A stretch of DNA of 64,000 nucleotides, taken from NCBI GenBank assembly GCA_902586925.1, contig CACIJE010000001.1, positions 5,720 through 69,719 of the forward strand, read 5' to 3'. Under the pieces are notes generated by a model. That model was given only the letters and a program-made list of their open reading frames with translations, was not told the DNA's origin and did not search any database. A program made the position numbers and the translations under genes. Positions 47,233 to 58,492 of this stretch are shown here, piece by piece. The DNA comes from an uncultured SAR86 cluster bacterium. Lineage in GTDB: Bacteria; Pseudomonadota; Gammaproteobacteria; Magnimaribacterales; D2472. Each line of letters begins with the position of its first letter. The first letter of the stretch is position 1.

Positions 47233-48301
47233 CTTCAATAATTTTTATAATCTTTCCTGCGACTTCTGATGTTTTTAGATATTTTTCATCAGTAGCAATA
47301 TCTTTTGTTCTAAAACCCTTTTGTATAAAGGTTTTAATAGCAGCATCAATTTTATTTGATACAACTTCTTCATCCAGTGAATATTTTAATGCCATGGATA
47401 GAGATCCAATCATTGCTAGTGGATTAGCAATATCTTGGTTAGCGATATCTGGCGCACTTCCGTGACATGGCTCATACATACCTTTAAGAGAACCATCTAA
47501 AGATGCTGATGGAAGCATTCCGATAGACCCAGTGAGAGTTGCAGCAATATCAGACAGAATATCTCCAAACAGGTTGCTTGCGACAATAACATCAAATTGA
47601 TTTGGATTGAGAACTAACTGCATAGCTGTATTGTCTGCAAGTTGATGAGAAAGCTCAACATCTGGATACTCTGCTGACATTTCTGTAACAATTGATCTCC
47701 AAAACTTAGATACTTCCAAAACATTTGCTTTTTCTACAGAGCATAATCTTCCACTTCTTTTTTGAGCAGATTCAAAAGCTATTTTTGCGATTCTTCTTAT
47801 CTCGTCTTCATTATAAATCATGGTGTTAAAAGCATAATTTGGCGTTTCATCTTCAATAACACCTCTTGGCTCACCGAAATATATGCCTCCAGTGAGTTCT
47901 CTTACTATCAAAATATCTAATCCTTCAATAATTTTTTCTTTTATTGGTGATGCTTCCGATAATTCATTAAAAAGGAAGGCAGGTCTTAAATTTGCAAATA
48001 AATTTAATTCTTTTCTTAGTGTTAATAATGCATTTTCTGGTCTGTCATCCCAACTTAGATTATCCCACTGAGGTGCTCCGACCGCTCCAAACAAAATTGC
48101 ATCAGCTTCTTTGGCTGCTTGTAACACTTCATGTGGAATTGGTGAACCTGTTTTTTCATAAGCAGTTCCTCCAACATCAAGAGTATTAATAGAAAAATTT
48201 AAATTAAACTTTTTAATTGTAAATTTTAAGATTTGCATAGCAGCATCAGTAACCTCTTGTCCAATTCCATCACCAGGCAAAACTAATATTTTCTTACTCA
48301 C
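47225..48301 (-). CDS. leuB: 3-isopropylmalate dehydrogenase
   Basis: LPGDGIG, RELTGGIYFG, NLFGDILSD, EPCHGSAPDI. Confidence 0.97.
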   Translation of the reverse strand: MSKKILVLPGDGIGQEVTDAAMQILKFTIKKFNLNFSINTLDVGGTAYEKTGSPIPHEVLQAAKEADAILFGAVGAPQWDNLSWDDRPENALLTLRKELNLFANLRPAFLFNELSEASPIKEKIIEGLDILIVRELTGGIYFGEPRGVIEDETPNYAFNTMIYNEDEIRRIAKIAFESAQKRSGRLCSVEKANVLEVSKFWRSIVTEMSAEYPDVELSHQLADNTAMQLVLNPNQFDVIVASNLFGDILSDIAATLTGSIGMLPSASLDGSLKGMYEPCHGSAPDIANQDIANPLAMIGSLSMALKYSLDEEVVSNKIDAAIKTFIQKGFRTKDIATDEKYLKTSEVAGKIIKIIEDE

Positions 48302-48939
48302 TTAAACACCCAGGGTTTTTCGATAGCTCGTGCTTTCTCAAAATTAAGAATTTTATTCTTTTCTTTTAAAGTTATATCAATGTCATCTAATCCATAAATA
48401 ATTCGATCAACGAGATGTTGCTCAACACTAAAAAAAATTATCTTATCACCAACTTTAATTTCTTTTTTTTGGAGATCTATTGAAAGTTCAAGTGTATCTT
48501 GATGAGTTTGCTTAAATAAAAAGTCAATTTCCGTTTTATCTAACTTAATTGGTAAGAGGCCATTTTTAAAGGAGTTATTGTAAAAAATATCACCAAAAGA
48601 AGATGCAATAACTGCTTTTATTCCAAAGTCTCTTAGCGCCCAAACAGCATGTTCTCTTGAAGAACCACATCCAAAATTATCCCTAGATAACAATATTTTT
48701 GATTTGTTGTATGGCTCTTGATTGAGAATGAAATTTTCATCTATTATTCTTTCTTCTTTAGTAACACCAAGCTTACCATCATCTTTATATCTCCAACCAT
48801 CAAAAAGATAATCTTCATAGCCAAACTTTTTAATTGATTTTAAATATTCTGTTGGAATGATTTGATCAGTATCAATATTATCTCTGTCAAGATATGCAAC
48901 CATACCATCGATAATTAACCCTTCACTATTTGATTTCAT
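48298..48939 (-). CDS. leuD: 3-isopropylmalate dehydratase small subunit
   Basis: [20 protein letters not shown]. Confidence 0.97.
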   Translation of the reverse strand: MKSNSEGLIIDGMVAYLDRDNIDTDQIIPTEYLKSIKKFGYEDYLFDGWRYKDDGKLGVTKEERIIDENFILNQEPYNKSKILLSRDNFGCGSSREHAVWALRDFGIKAVIASSFGDIFYNNSFKNGLLPIKLDKTEIDFLFKQTHQDTLELSIDLQKKEIKVGDKIIFFSVEQHLVDRIIYGLDDIDITLKEKNKILNFEKARAIEKPWVFK

Positions 48940-50333
48940 GATGGATCTCCAATGGTTCCATTTATAGCAGTGTATGCAGCCATTAATGGACTCATTAAAT
49001 GTGTTCTTCCTAAATATCCCTGTCTTCCTTCAAAGTTTCTATTTGAGGTTGATGCACATCTTTCATATGGTTTGAGTTGATCTGGATTCATTCCAAGACA
49101 CATCGAGCACCCAGGATCTCTCCAGATAAAACCTGCATCAGTAAAAACTTTATCTAATCCCTCATTTTCTGCTTGTTCTTTCACAAGACCAGACCCGGGC
49201 ACAACAATAGCTTCTGAAATATTTGATGCAATAGTTTTGCCCTTAACTATTTCAGCAGCCTGCCTTAAATCTTCAATTCTAGAATTAGTACAAGATCCTA
49301 TGAAAACTTTATCGAATGTTAAATCAGATAGTTTAGTTTCATCTTCGATACCCATATAGTCTCTTGCAAGCTCAATATTCTTTTTGTTCTCATCAGTGGT
49401 ATCAAATACTGTTGGAATTGATTCATCATAATTCAATACCATCTCAGGCGAAGTACCCCATGTAACTTGTGGTTTGATTTTTGATACATCTATAGTTATT
49501 TCTTTATCAAATTTTGCATCGTCATCTGACTTGAGTGTTTTCCAATACTCCTTTGCTTGACTAAAAGTGTCTGCATCAAGAAATGATTTACTTTTAACAT
49601 ACTCAATAGTTTTTTTGTCTGGGGCAATTAATCCAACCTTTGCTCCTGCTTCAATAGCCATGTTACAAATAGTCATTCTTCCCTCAACAGATATGCTACT
49701 TATATAGGATCCTGAAAATTCAATGGCATAGCCAGTTCCACCTGCAGTACCAATTTGTCTTATCAAATATAAGACAATATCTTTTGAAGAAACATGTCTG
49801 TCTACTTCTCCTTCAAATCTAACATTCATATTTTTTAATTTAGAAACTTTTAAGCACTGAGTAGCAAGAACGTGTTCAACTTCCGAAGTTCCTATACCCA
49901 TTGCTAAACAACCAAGCGCTCCATGAGTAGAAGTATGAGAGTCACCACAAACAATAGTCATTCCAGGAATAGTAAATCCTAATTCAGGTCCTATAACATG
50001 AACAATACCCTGTTTATTTGACTCTATATCAAATTGTTTAATGCCAAATTTATTACAATTCTTATCCAATTCAACTACTTGTATCTTTGAAATTTCATCA
50101 GTTATTGATTCAGAATTAAAATTATTACCTCTTGTTGTAGGTACATTATGATCAGGAGTAGCAATGTTGGCATTAAGCCTCCAAGGCTTTAAATTTTTCT
50201 TTATTAGTCCCTCAAATGCCTGAGGGGATGTGACCTCATGCAAATAATGTCTATCAATATATAGAAGTGACTCTCCCGAATCGAGTTGGGTGACGTGATG
50301 CTCTTCCCAGAGTTTGTCGTATAAAGTCTTCAT
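48936..50333 (-). CDS. leuC: 3-isopropylmalate dehydratase large subunit
   Basis: [34 protein letters not shown]. Confidence 0.98.
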   Translation of the reverse strand: MKTLYDKLWEEHHVTQLDSGESLLYIDRHYLHEVTSPQAFEGLIKKNLKPWRLNANIATPDHNVPTTRGNNFNSESITDEISKIQVVELDKNCNKFGIKQFDIESNKQGIVHVIGPELGFTIPGMTIVCGDSHTSTHGALGCLAMGIGTSEVEHVLATQCLKVSKLKNMNVRFEGEVDRHVSSKDIVLYLIRQIGTAGGTGYAIEFSGSYISSISVEGRMTICNMAIEAGAKVGLIAPDKKTIEYVKSKSFLDADTFSQAKEYWKTLKSDDDAKFDKEITIDVSKIKPQVTWGTSPEMVLNYDESIPTVFDTTDENKKNIELARDYMGIEDETKLSDLTFDKVFIGSCTNSRIEDLRQAAEIVKGKTIASNISEAIVVPGSGLVKEQAENEGLDKVFTDAGFIWRDPGCSMCLGMNPDQLKPYERCASTSNRNFEGRQGYLGRTHLMSPLMAAYTAINGTIGDPS

Positions 50334-50338
50334 TATTT

Positions 50339-51421
50339 TTACTCACTAAAAGGAAGATTTTGTTCAACATCAGCACATTGAGCTTTATTGATTAATAAAT
50401 GATCCACTAAAACTAAACTAACCATGGCCTCGGCAATTGGCACAGCTCTGATGCCGACACATGGATCATGTCTTCCAGTAACCTCTATATCAACCTCATT
50501 ACCTTCTTTGTTTACAGTTTTTCCTGTTGTTCTAATACTTGATGTTGGCTTTATGATAAAGCTTAAGGTTATATCATCTCCGTTAGATATACCGCCTAAT
50601 ATTCCTCCTGAATTATTTGAAATGAAACCTGCTGCTGTTATTTCATCCCTTGCTTCTGAACCTTTAAGGCTTAATAGATCATCTGCATTGCCAATTGATA
50701 CTGACTTTACTGCGTTAATAGTCATTATTGCTTTTGCTAAATTAGCATCTAACTTCTCGAAAACTGGATCTCCCAATCCAACTGGACAGTTCTCAACAAT
50801 AACTCCTAACTTTGCACCTACAGAATTACCCTCTTTGATTAAGTCTTTAAACATTGAATCTAGTTCAGACAATTTTGATTCATCACTAAAAAAATATTTA
50901 TTACTTATGTTTTTATGATTAATTGTATCAGCTTTTACTTTTCCTATTTCTGATACAAAACCATTTACTGAAACACCTTCCTTTTTAAGAATCTTTTTAG
51001 CAATTGCTCCAGCAGCTACCCAATTTGCAGTTTCTCTAGCACTTGCTCTTCCACCACCTCTGTAATCTCTATGACCATATTTTGCTTGATAAGTAATATC
51101 TGCATGATTTGGTCTAAAAACATCTTTTATATTCGAGTAATCTTTAGATTTTTGATCTTTGTTGTAAATAATCATTCCAATTGGTGTTCCAAGGGTTTTT
51201 CCTTCAAAAACACCAGATAAAATCTCAACAGCATCATCTTCTTTTCTTTGAGTAGTTACATCTGATTGGCCGGGCTTTCTTCTATTTAATTCATACTGAA
51301 TATCTTCTTTTTTTATCTCAATTTGAGGTGGGCAACCATCTAAAATACAGCCCATAGCAGTGCCATGACTCTCACCAAAAGTCGTAATTTTAAATATTTT
51401 TCCAAACGTATTGCCTGACAT
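50339..51421 (-). CDS. aroC: chorismate synthase
   Basis: [27 protein letters not shown]. Confidence 0.98.
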   Translation of the reverse strand: MSGNTFGKIFKITTFGESHGTAMGCILDGCPPQIEIKKEDIQYELNRRKPGQSDVTTQRKEDDAVEILSGVFEGKTLGTPIGMIIYNKDQKSKDYSNIKDVFRPNHADITYQAKYGHRDYRGGGRASARETANWVAAGAIAKKILKKEGVSVNGFVSEIGKVKADTINHKNISNKYFFSDESKLSELDSMFKDLIKEGNSVGAKLGVIVENCPVGLGDPVFEKLDANLAKAIMTINAVKSVSIGNADDLLSLKGSEARDEITAAGFISNNSGGILGGISNGDDITLSFIIKPTSSIRTTGKTVNKEGNEVDIEVTGRHDPCVGIRAVPIAEAMVSLVLVDHLLINKAQCADVEQNLPFSE

Positions 51422-51460
51422 GGCGATAATTATAGTCCAAAAAGCTAAAAAAGCTTTACT

Positions 51461-52912
51461 TTAAGGGATTTTTGAAAATAATTTCTGGAAATCGATAACA
51501 GAGGTTTCTTCAAGCTTTTCTTGGTTCATACAAAGTCTGAATATTTCTTCAGATACTTCCTCATTAAATGTTATGTCTAAATTATTTTTAAATTTCTTCT
51601 CTAAAACAGGTATGCCTTCTTTTCTTCTTCGTTTATGACCTATGGGATACTCAACCTCAATCACATCTGTTGAAGTGCCATCATTAAAATGAATTTGAAT
51701 TCTATTTGAGATTGAACGCTTATCTGCTTCAAGATATTCTTTTGAGTATCTTTTATCTTCACTGATTAACATTTTTTCTCTTAAAGCGTCAATTCTAGGA
51801 TCTTTTGCTACATCGTCCTCGTAATCCTCTGCAACTAAATCTCCCTTTAATAGGCCAATTGCAACCATATATTGTAAACAGTGATCTCTATCAGCAGGAT
51901 TATTTAGCTCGCCTACCTTTGAGATAATTCTAATTGCAGATTCATGCGTAGTAATTTCAATAGATTTAATATCTTCGATTTTGTACTTAATTTCATCATG
52001 CAGTTTTACTGCAGCCTCTACTGCGGTTTGAGCATGGAACTCTGCAGGAAAACTAATCTTAAAAAGTATATTTTCCATAACATAAGTTTCAAAAGGTTGA
52101 GGTAAAGAAAGTTTTTCTCCACCAAATGAAACATCTTCAAAACCCCATACAGGTGCAGATAAAACGCCCGGATATCCGATTTCTCCGGACATAGTAATCA
52201 TAGCTAGTCTTACAGCCCTGCTAGTTGCATCTCCAGCCGCCCAACTTTTTCTGGAACCAGCATTTGGAGCATGTCTATAAGTTCTAAGACTTTGACCATC
52301 AATCCAAGCTTGACTTACAGCATCTTTAATTTGATCTGCTGAACCACCCAATAATTTTGTAGCAACTGCTGTTGAGGCGACTTTTACTAATATGACATGG
52401 TCAAGTCCAACTCTATTAAAACTATTTTCAAGTGCTAAAACACCTTGAATTTCATGAGCCATGATCATAGATTCTAAAACAGTTCGCATGGTTAAAGGTT
52501 CTTTTCCATCAGCAATATTTCGTTGTGAAACAAAATCGCATACTGACAGTATTGCACCTAAGTTATCTGAAGGATGGCCCCATTCTGCAGCAAGCCAAGT
52601 ATCGTTATAATCAAGCCATCTAACAATACAACCAATATCGAAAGCTCCTTTTACAGGGTCTAGCTCATAATCTGTTCCAGGTACTCTAACGCCAAAAGGT
52701 ACTTTTGTATCTTTTACTATAGGTCCAAGCATTTTGGTACAAGCAGGGAACTGAAGAGCTAGAAGACCACATCCAATGGTATCTATAAGACAATTTCTTG
52801 CAGTATCTAATGCTAAATCAGATTTAATTTCATAGCTTGAAACGTAATTAGCTATTTTGGAGATAAGTTCATCAAACCCAGGTCTGATATTCAGATCTAC
52901 ATTTGATGACAT
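51461..52912 (-). CDS. prpD: 2-methylcitrate dehydratase
   Basis: [33 protein letters not shown]. Confidence 0.97.
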   Translation of the reverse strand: MSSNVDLNIRPGFDELISKIANYVSSYEIKSDLALDTARNCLIDTIGCGLLALQFPACTKMLGPIVKDTKVPFGVRVPGTDYELDPVKGAFDIGCIVRWLDYNDTWLAAEWGHPSDNLGAILSVCDFVSQRNIADGKEPLTMRTVLESMIMAHEIQGVLALENSFNRVGLDHVILVKVASTAVATKLLGGSADQIKDAVSQAWIDGQSLRTYRHAPNAGSRKSWAAGDATSRAVRLAMITMSGEIGYPGVLSAPVWGFEDVSFGGEKLSLPQPFETYVMENILFKISFPAEFHAQTAVEAAVKLHDEIKYKIEDIKSIEITTHESAIRIISKVGELNNPADRDHCLQYMVAIGLLKGDLVAEDYEDDVAKDPRIDALREKMLISEDKRYSKEYLEADKRSISNRIQIHFNDGTSTDVIEVEYPIGHKRRRKEGIPVLEKKFKNNLDITFNEEVSEEIFRLCMNQEKLEETSVIDFQKLFSKIP

Positions 52913-52915
52913 ATT

Positions 52916-54037
52916 TTATGACCTATCAGAGATATCAATCCATTCAGATGACTCAACACCAATATAGTCAGCGCTCGGTCTGATAATTCTATTATTTGCT
53001 CTTTGCTCCATACAATGAGCTGTCCAACCAGAAACTCTTGACATCACAAATATTGGTGTAAATAGTTTTGTTGGTATTCCCATATAAAAATATGCTGGAG
53101 CATGAAAAAAGTCTGCGTTAGCAAACATTTTCTTTTCATCAGCCATTACTTTCTCAACCTCTTCTGCTACTTGATATAAAGTATCGTTTTCAGCTAATTC
53201 GGATAACTCTTTTGCATATTCTTTGATAACAGCATTTCTTGGATCTCTAATTGAATAAACAGCATGTCCAAAGCCCATAATTTTTTCTTTATTACTCAGC
53301 ATCTCAATAATTTTTGATTTTGCTTCTTCTTTGGAAGTCCAATTTTCGATTAACTCCATTGCTTTTTCATTAGCGCCACCATGAAGTGGTCCTCTCAATG
53401 AACCTATAGCAGCTACTACACATGAATGCATATCTGACATAGTCGACGCACAAACTCTTGCCGTAAAAGTTGAAGCATTAAATTCATGTTCAGCATATAA
53501 AATTAAAGAAACGTCCATTACTTTTCTATGCAAATCTGATGGTGTTTTTCCATGAAGTATGTATAAAAAGTGGCCGGCCATACTATCCTCATCGTTTACA
53601 AGATCTATATCTAAACCCTCATGAGAATATTTATACCAATATGTAACAATTGATGGCATTGTTGCTATCATTCTATTTATAGAATTAAGCTGATTAGAGA
53701 ATTCTCCTTCAGGTTCTAAATTTCCTAACATAGATGTACCAGTTCGCATTACATCCATTGGATGAGCTGATGATGGAATTTTTTGCAGAACTTGTTTTAG
53801 TGAGTCAGGAAGATCTCTTAAACTTTTGAGTAATTTCTTATACTCTTCTAATTCTTTTTGATTGGGGAGTTTATCGTAAAGTAGAAGATAAGCCACCTCT
53901 TCAAAAGAGGATTTTTCTGCAAGTAATTCAATTTTATGTCCCCTATAAGCTAATCCTTCTATTTGTCCTACTGTGGAAAGTGATGTTTCTCCAGCAACTT
54001 GTCCTCTTAAGCCAGCTCCCTCTAATTTTTTTGTCAT
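52916..54037 (-). CDS. prpC: 2-methylcitrate synthase
   Basis: AEHEFNASTF, GPLHGGANE, GFGH; in the prp operon. Confidence 0.95.
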   Translation of the reverse strand: MTKKLEGAGLRGQVAGETSLSTVGQIEGLAYRGHKIELLAEKSSFEEVAYLLLYDKLPNQKELEEYKKLLKSLRDLPDSLKQVLQKIPSSAHPMDVMRTGTSMLGNLEPEGEFSNQLNSINRMIATMPSIVTYWYKYSHEGLDIDLVNDEDSMAGHFLYILHGKTPSDLHRKVMDVSLILYAEHEFNASTFTARVCASTMSDMHSCVVAAIGSLRGPLHGGANEKAMELIENWTSKEEAKSKIIEMLSNKEKIMGFGHAVYSIRDPRNAVIKEYAKELSELAENDTLYQVAEEVEKVMADEKKMFANADFFHAPAYFYMGIPTKLFTPIFVMSRVSGWTAHCMEQRANNRIIRPSADYIGVESSEWIDISDRS

Positions 54038-54906
54038 GAACCTTCCTTTTTATTTACAAACTGTTCATCAAGTTCTTTTTCAAATTTATAATAATCAAGA
54101 ACTTCATACAACTCTTCCCGGGTTTGCATTATATCTAACAGTGGCTCTTGTGTCCCGTCTTTGATAATTGAATTATAAATTTTTTCAGCTGAAGCGCTCA
54201 TTGCTCTAAAAGCCGTCAACGGATACAAAACCATATCAACACCAACATCACAAAGTTCTTTTTGAGAAAATAGTGGTGTTCTTCCAAATTCTGTAATATT
54301 TGCTAACAAAGGAGTTGAAAAATTTTTTTTAAATTCCTTGTAGTCTTCAATTGAAATAGCTGCTTCAAGAAAAATACCATCAGCACCAACGTCTAAATAT
54401 TTTCCACATCTTTTGATGGCCTTCTCTATTCCTTCAGATGCAATTGCATCTGTTCTTGCCAAGATAAAGAAAGATTCATCAATTTTTGAATCTACTGCTG
54501 ATTTCAGTCTATCTTGCATCTTTGAAACAGAAACAATTTGTTTATTTGGTCTATGGCCACATCTCTTATCAAAAACTTGATCTTCAATATGTACTGCTGC
54601 CACACCTGCATTTCCCATTTCAACAACTGTATTTGAAACATCTCCCCATCCAGTATCAATGTCCACCAAAAGTGGTAACGAAGAAACATTTGTAATTCTT
54701 TTAGCATCTATTAAGACATCTTCAAGTGAAGTCAATCCCAGATCTGGAAGACCATAAGAGGCAGCTGCAACACCGCTTCCTGAGAGATAAATGGCTTTAT
54801 GATTTGCTGCTTCAGCTAACTTTGCTGAATAAGCATTTATTGCACCAGGTATCACTAAAGGATTATTATTTTTTAAAGCATCCCGAAATTTTTTACCAAA
54901 TGTCAT
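54034..54906 (-). CDS. prpB: 2-methylisocitrate lyase
   Basis: DIDTGWG, HIEDQ, KRCGHRP, ANITEFG. Confidence 0.95.
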   Translation of the reverse strand: MTFGKKFRDALKNNNPLVIPGAINAYSAKLAEAANHKAIYLSGSGVAAASYGLPDLGLTSLEDVLIDAKRITNVSSLPLLVDIDTGWGDVSNTVVEMGNAGVAAVHIEDQVFDKRCGHRPNKQIVSVSKMQDRLKSAVDSKIDESFFILARTDAIASEGIEKAIKRCGKYLDVGADGIFLEAAISIEDYKEFKKNFSTPLLANITEFGRTPLFSQKELCDVGVDMVLYPLTAFRAMSASAEKIYNSIIKDGTQEPLLDIMQTREELYEVLDYYKFEKELDEQFVNKKEGS

Positions 54907-54907
54907 A

Positions 54908-55567
54908 TTAATAAAATTTAATTCCTCTAATAATTCTATCTTTATTGTTTTTTCTTCTCCATCTATTAGTATCTCTTAAACTGTAAACACATCCACAATA
55001 CTCTTGCTGGTAAAAATGTTCCCTTTTTGAAATTTCTATCATCCTAGATGAGCCACCAAGCTTTCTCCAATTAAAATCCCAATATGTAATATTTTCATGT
55101 CTTGAAGCTGCTCTATGTCCTGAATTATTTATTTGATCCATATCCTTCCATCTAGAAATTCCTAAAGTTGTTGCATATGTGTTAAATCCGTTCTCACTTG
55201 CAAAAAGAGCTGATCTTTCAAAACGCATATCGAAACATTTCGTGCATCTTTCTCCTCTCTCAGGCTCATCTTCTAATCCCTTTATTCTTTCAAACCAATT
55301 TTCCTTATCATAGTCTCCGTCAATACAATTGAATCCAACTTGATCACAAAATCTTCTATTCTCTTCTTTTCTAATTTCATACTCATCAATTGGATGAATA
55401 TTTGGGTTGTAAAAAAATACTGTTGTTTTTATGTCTGATGCTGCTAATCCTTCTATTATTTCACCAGAACATGGTGCACAACAACTATGAAGAAGGAGAT
55501 TTTTTTCTCCATTTGGCATCTCTAATTTTGGCCTTTCATAGTTTTTCAACTTATATCTATCATTCAT
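54908..55567 (-). CDS. queH: epoxyqueuosine reductase QueH (DUF208)
   Basis: [26 protein letters not shown]. Confidence 0.92.
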   Translation of the reverse strand: MNDRYKLKNYERPKLEMPNGEKNLLLHSCCAPCSGEIIEGLAASDIKTTVFFYNPNIHPIDEYEIRKEENRRFCDQVGFNCIDGDYDKENWFERIKGLEDEPERGERCTKCFDMRFERSALFASENGFNTYATTLGISRWKDMDQINNSGHRAASRHENITYWDFNWRKLGGSSRMIEISKREHFYQQEYCGCVYSLRDTNRWRRKNNKDRIIRGIKFY

Positions 55568-56171
55568 TTACAAAAACCGAATTACTAATGATTGCTTTCT
55601 CAAGTTCATCATAATTATAAAAAGATTCTATTTCTGGATACTTAGACGAAACAGTATCTGGAGCGTTCATAAAAAATCCTTGATTGGCAACTTCAAACAT
55701 CTGAATATCATTATGAGAGTCACCAGCTGCAAAACATCTATATCCCATTTCCATAAATGCTGTTATTGCCTGTTTTTTTGCCTTTGGATGTCTAAGTTTA
55801 TATGAAACTATCTCATCATCTACTATTTCAAGGTTGTGACAAAGCAAAAATGGATAACCAAGTTTTTTCATCAAAGGTTTAGCAATATCATGAAATGTAT
55901 CTGACAAAATCACAACCTGAAAGTTTTTTCTTAAATTAGAAACAAATTCTAATGCTCCTGGTAAAAGATCTACTGATGATGCTGCTTTTTGAACATCTGA
56001 GAGCTTTACACCCTCTTTTGACATTATTTTTAATCGCATATCTAGTAACTCTTCATAGCTTGGTATATCTCTAGTTGTTTTTCCTAGATCTTCAATTCCA
56101 GTATTTAAGGCAACTTTCTCCCATATTTCATCGGTAAGAGTTCCCTCCATATCTAAACAAACTATTTCCAT
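55560..56171 (-). CDS. thrH: phosphoserine phosphatase / homoserine phosphotransferase
   Basis: [29 protein letters not shown]. Confidence 0.9.
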   Translation of the reverse strand: MEIVCLDMEGTLTDEIWEKVALNTGIEDLGKTTRDIPSYEELLDMRLKIMSKEGVKLSDVQKAASSVDLLPGALEFVSNLRKNFQVVILSDTFHDIAKPLMKKLGYPFLLCHNLEIVDDEIVSYKLRHPKAKKQAITAFMEMGYRCFAAGDSHNDIQMFEVANQGFFMNAPDTVSSKYPEIESFYNYDELEKAIISNSVFVNE

Positions 56172-56174
56172 AAG

Positions 56175-57071
56175 CTAACTATTTTTAATTCCAAACGGCA
56201 CATGTGCAGACGTGGTTGTTTCTATTGCATTCATAATATGTTTTTTTTGATCATCAAAAAAGATATCTGCATCAAAAGATTCTAAAAATTTGGTTTTGTC
56301 CATTCCTCCTAAAAACAATGACTCATCTATACGAACACCCCATTTTCTGAGAGTTTTTATCACTCTCTTGTCTGATGGAGCTGACCTAGCAGTTACTAGT
56401 GCGGTTCTAATTGGACACTCATTTATTTCAAAATCACTTTGAATTTTGTTTAGTTCAACCAAAAATGATTTAAATGGGCCTTCTTTTAGAACTGATTTAG
56501 CATTTACCTCATTTTTAATAAAAGCATCCAGTCCTTTTTCTTGAAAAACTTTCTCAGATTCATCAGAAAAAATTACAGCATCTCCATCAAAAGCAATCTT
56601 TAAAATGTCAGAATCATTTTTTTTCATTCTATCAGATGATCTTGACATAATTGTTGCTGCAGCAACATTACTATTAATGGCTAACCTAACATCTTCTACG
56701 CTACTTGATAAAAATAAGTGAACCCCAAAATCCCTCACATACCTATGAGGACTTTCGCCACCACAAAATGCAGCTCTAGATATATTTAAATTATGATCCT
56801 CAATAGAGTTTCTTATCCTAAGGCCAGTATCTGAAGTATTTCTTGATAATAAAATTACTTCGACTCTTTCTTTTCCATCATAAAGATCATTAATATTCAG
56901 AATTTTTTTTACTAGATTGAACGCCTGTCCGGGTTTTAAAGTCTTATCTTCATTTTCTATTTGATAATCTTGATAGGATTTCAGCCCCCTTTTTTTATAA
57001 ATCTCATGACTAAAATCAAGGTCAAACAAAGCTCTCGATGATATTCCAATAATTAACTTTGAATTTTGCAT
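56175..57071 (-). CDS. 5'-nucleotidase (cN-I-like)
   Basis: ISSRALFD, AFDGDAV, VTARSAP, FFDDQ. Confidence 0.92.
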   Translation of the reverse strand: MQNSKLIIGISSRALFDLDFSHEIYKKRGLKSYQDYQIENEDKTLKPGQAFNLVKKILNINDLYDGKERVEVILLSRNTSDTGLRIRNSIEDHNLNISRAAFCGGESPHRYVRDFGVHLFLSSSVEDVRLAINSNVAAATIMSRSSDRMKKNDSDILKIAFDGDAVIFSDESEKVFQEKGLDAFIKNEVNAKSVLKEGPFKSFLVELNKIQSDFEINECPIRTALVTARSAPSDKRVIKTLRKWGVRIDESLFLGGMDKTKFLESFDADIFFDDQKKHIMNAIETTTSAHVPFGIKNS

Positions 57072-57110
57072 ACTAATCTAACTTGTAAAATTATATATAA
57101 AATTGTATTA

Positions 57111-57130
57111 TACTGTATATATATTCAGTA
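57111..57130. promoter_or_regulatory. LexA (SOS) box, autoregulatory
   Basis: TACTGTATATATATTCAGTA (one mismatch to consensus), 10 bp before the lexA ATG. Confidence 0.9.
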
Positions 57131-57140
57131 TTTTATTATT

Positions 57141-57755
57141 ATGAGAGAAATAACTTCACAACAACAAAGAGTACTAGATTGTATTCAAGTTTACATTAAG
57201 AAAACAGGTTTTCCACCAACAAGAGCAGATATTTGCAGAGAATTGGGATTCAAATCTCCCAACTCTGCTGAAACTCATCTTAGAGCTTTAGAAAAAAAAG
57301 ACTTTATAACCATTGAAAGTGGTGCCTCTCGAGGTATTTCTATTAAGAATAAAGCGGATATTCACAATAGAGATGAATATCCAGTTATTGGATTGGTTGC
57401 AGCTGGCTCACCAACCTTAGCAGAAGAAAATATCGAAAGAACAATAAATTGTCCTAAATCTTTTTTTGATTCCAATTTTGATTATTTTTTAAAGGTAAAA
57501 GGTCTCAGTATGAAGAATGCTGGGATTATGGAAGACGATCTTATTGCAGTTAAAAAAACATCTGAAGTTAAAAATGGAGATATTGTAATTGCAAGGTTGC
57601 AAGACGAAGTTACTGTAAAGTTTTTTAAAAGAAAGTCTTCAAAAATTGTTGAGTTGGAACCAGCAAACGAAGATTTTCAAAATATTGTTATCAACCTAGA
57701 ACAAGATGAGCTTCATATCGAAGGAAAAAGTGTTGGATTATTGAGAAAAAATTAA
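57141..57755 (+). CDS. lexA: SOS repressor LexA
   Basis: FPPTRA, SPNSAETHL, VAAG cleavage site, GLSM, TVK; true start ATG 57141. Confidence 0.96.
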   Translation: MREITSQQQRVLDCIQVYIKKTGFPPTRADICRELGFKSPNSAETHLRALEKKDFITIESGASRGISIKNKADIHNRDEYPVIGLVAAGSPTLAEENIERTINCPKSFFDSNFDYFLKVKGLSMKNAGIMEDDLIAVKKTSEVKNGDIVIARLQDEVTVKFFKRKSSKIVELEPANEDFQNIVINLEQDELHIEGKSVGLLRKN

Positions 57756-58009
57756 TGAACTATATTTTCTTTTTTTGAGAATCTTTCTCTTTGCTTATCA
57801 AAAAATTCATCTAAATCGCTTAAATTACCACTTACGCTCTCTATACCAGCTCTAATCATTTCTTTTGCAACGGACAATTCTTGTCCTTTCAAAAAATCTT
57901 TTGATTCTTTTGAAAATTCTATTTTTACAATAGGATTCTCTTTGTCGTCAGATCTTCTAAGCACGATACTGCCATCTGGTAATTGAGCAAGTTCTAAATA
58001 ATTTGTCAT
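57752..58009 (-). CDS. conserved hypothetical protein
   Basis: 85-aa ORF downstream of topA, convergent with lexA. Confidence 0.75.
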   Translation of the reverse strand: MTNYLELAQLPDGSIVLRRSDDKENPIVKIEFSKESKDFLKGQELSVAKEMIRAGIESVSGNLSDLDEFFDKQRERFSKKENIVH

Positions 58010-58030
58010 TTTCCTAATTTAAATTAAAGA

Positions 58031-58492
58031 TTAACATTCATCAAGTGTTTTTCTGATCAACTCGTTGAACGATTTATACTTACTTAATATCAAAGTAAAT
58101 TTTTTCAAGTCATTTGATTTATTCGAAGAAATTATATTTGTATCTGTTGTTAAAAAGATTCTTTTTTTTGAATCACTTATTGCCGATATTAAGCCATCAT
58201 CAAAAAGTTTATTCTTAATTATATTTTTAATAACCTCGATCTGCATTAATTTAATCCATTTATAATCGAAATTAAATTCATGGATAGATTCAATATCACT
58301 ATTGATTGTCCTATAAATATAATTAGCTTCACAATCTAAACTGTTCTCAATACAAGAAAAAAATATCAATTGATTCTGATTATCTTTTGATGACTTATCA
58401 AATTTAATATTTTTTAAAATATCTTCTGATAAATCTATGTAAAGGTTTGAGAGCTCTTTATATTCCACTAACTTTTTAAATTTTGAACCCAA
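58031..58492 (-). CDS. hypothetical protein
   Basis: ORF following topA; start uncertain. Confidence 0.6.
   Translation of the reverse strand: MGSKFKKLVEYKELSNLYIDLSEDILKNIKFDKSSKDNQNQLIFFSCIENSLDCEANYIYRTINSDIESIHEFNFDYKWIKLMQIEVIKNIIKNKLFDDGLISAISDSKKRIFLTTDTNIISSNKSNDLKKFTLILSKYKSFNELIRKTLDEC

Noticed and set aside
57066-57140. N-terminal extension of LexA in the ORF track
   Set aside because: It contains the SOS box and promoter; LexA homology starts at ATG 57141.
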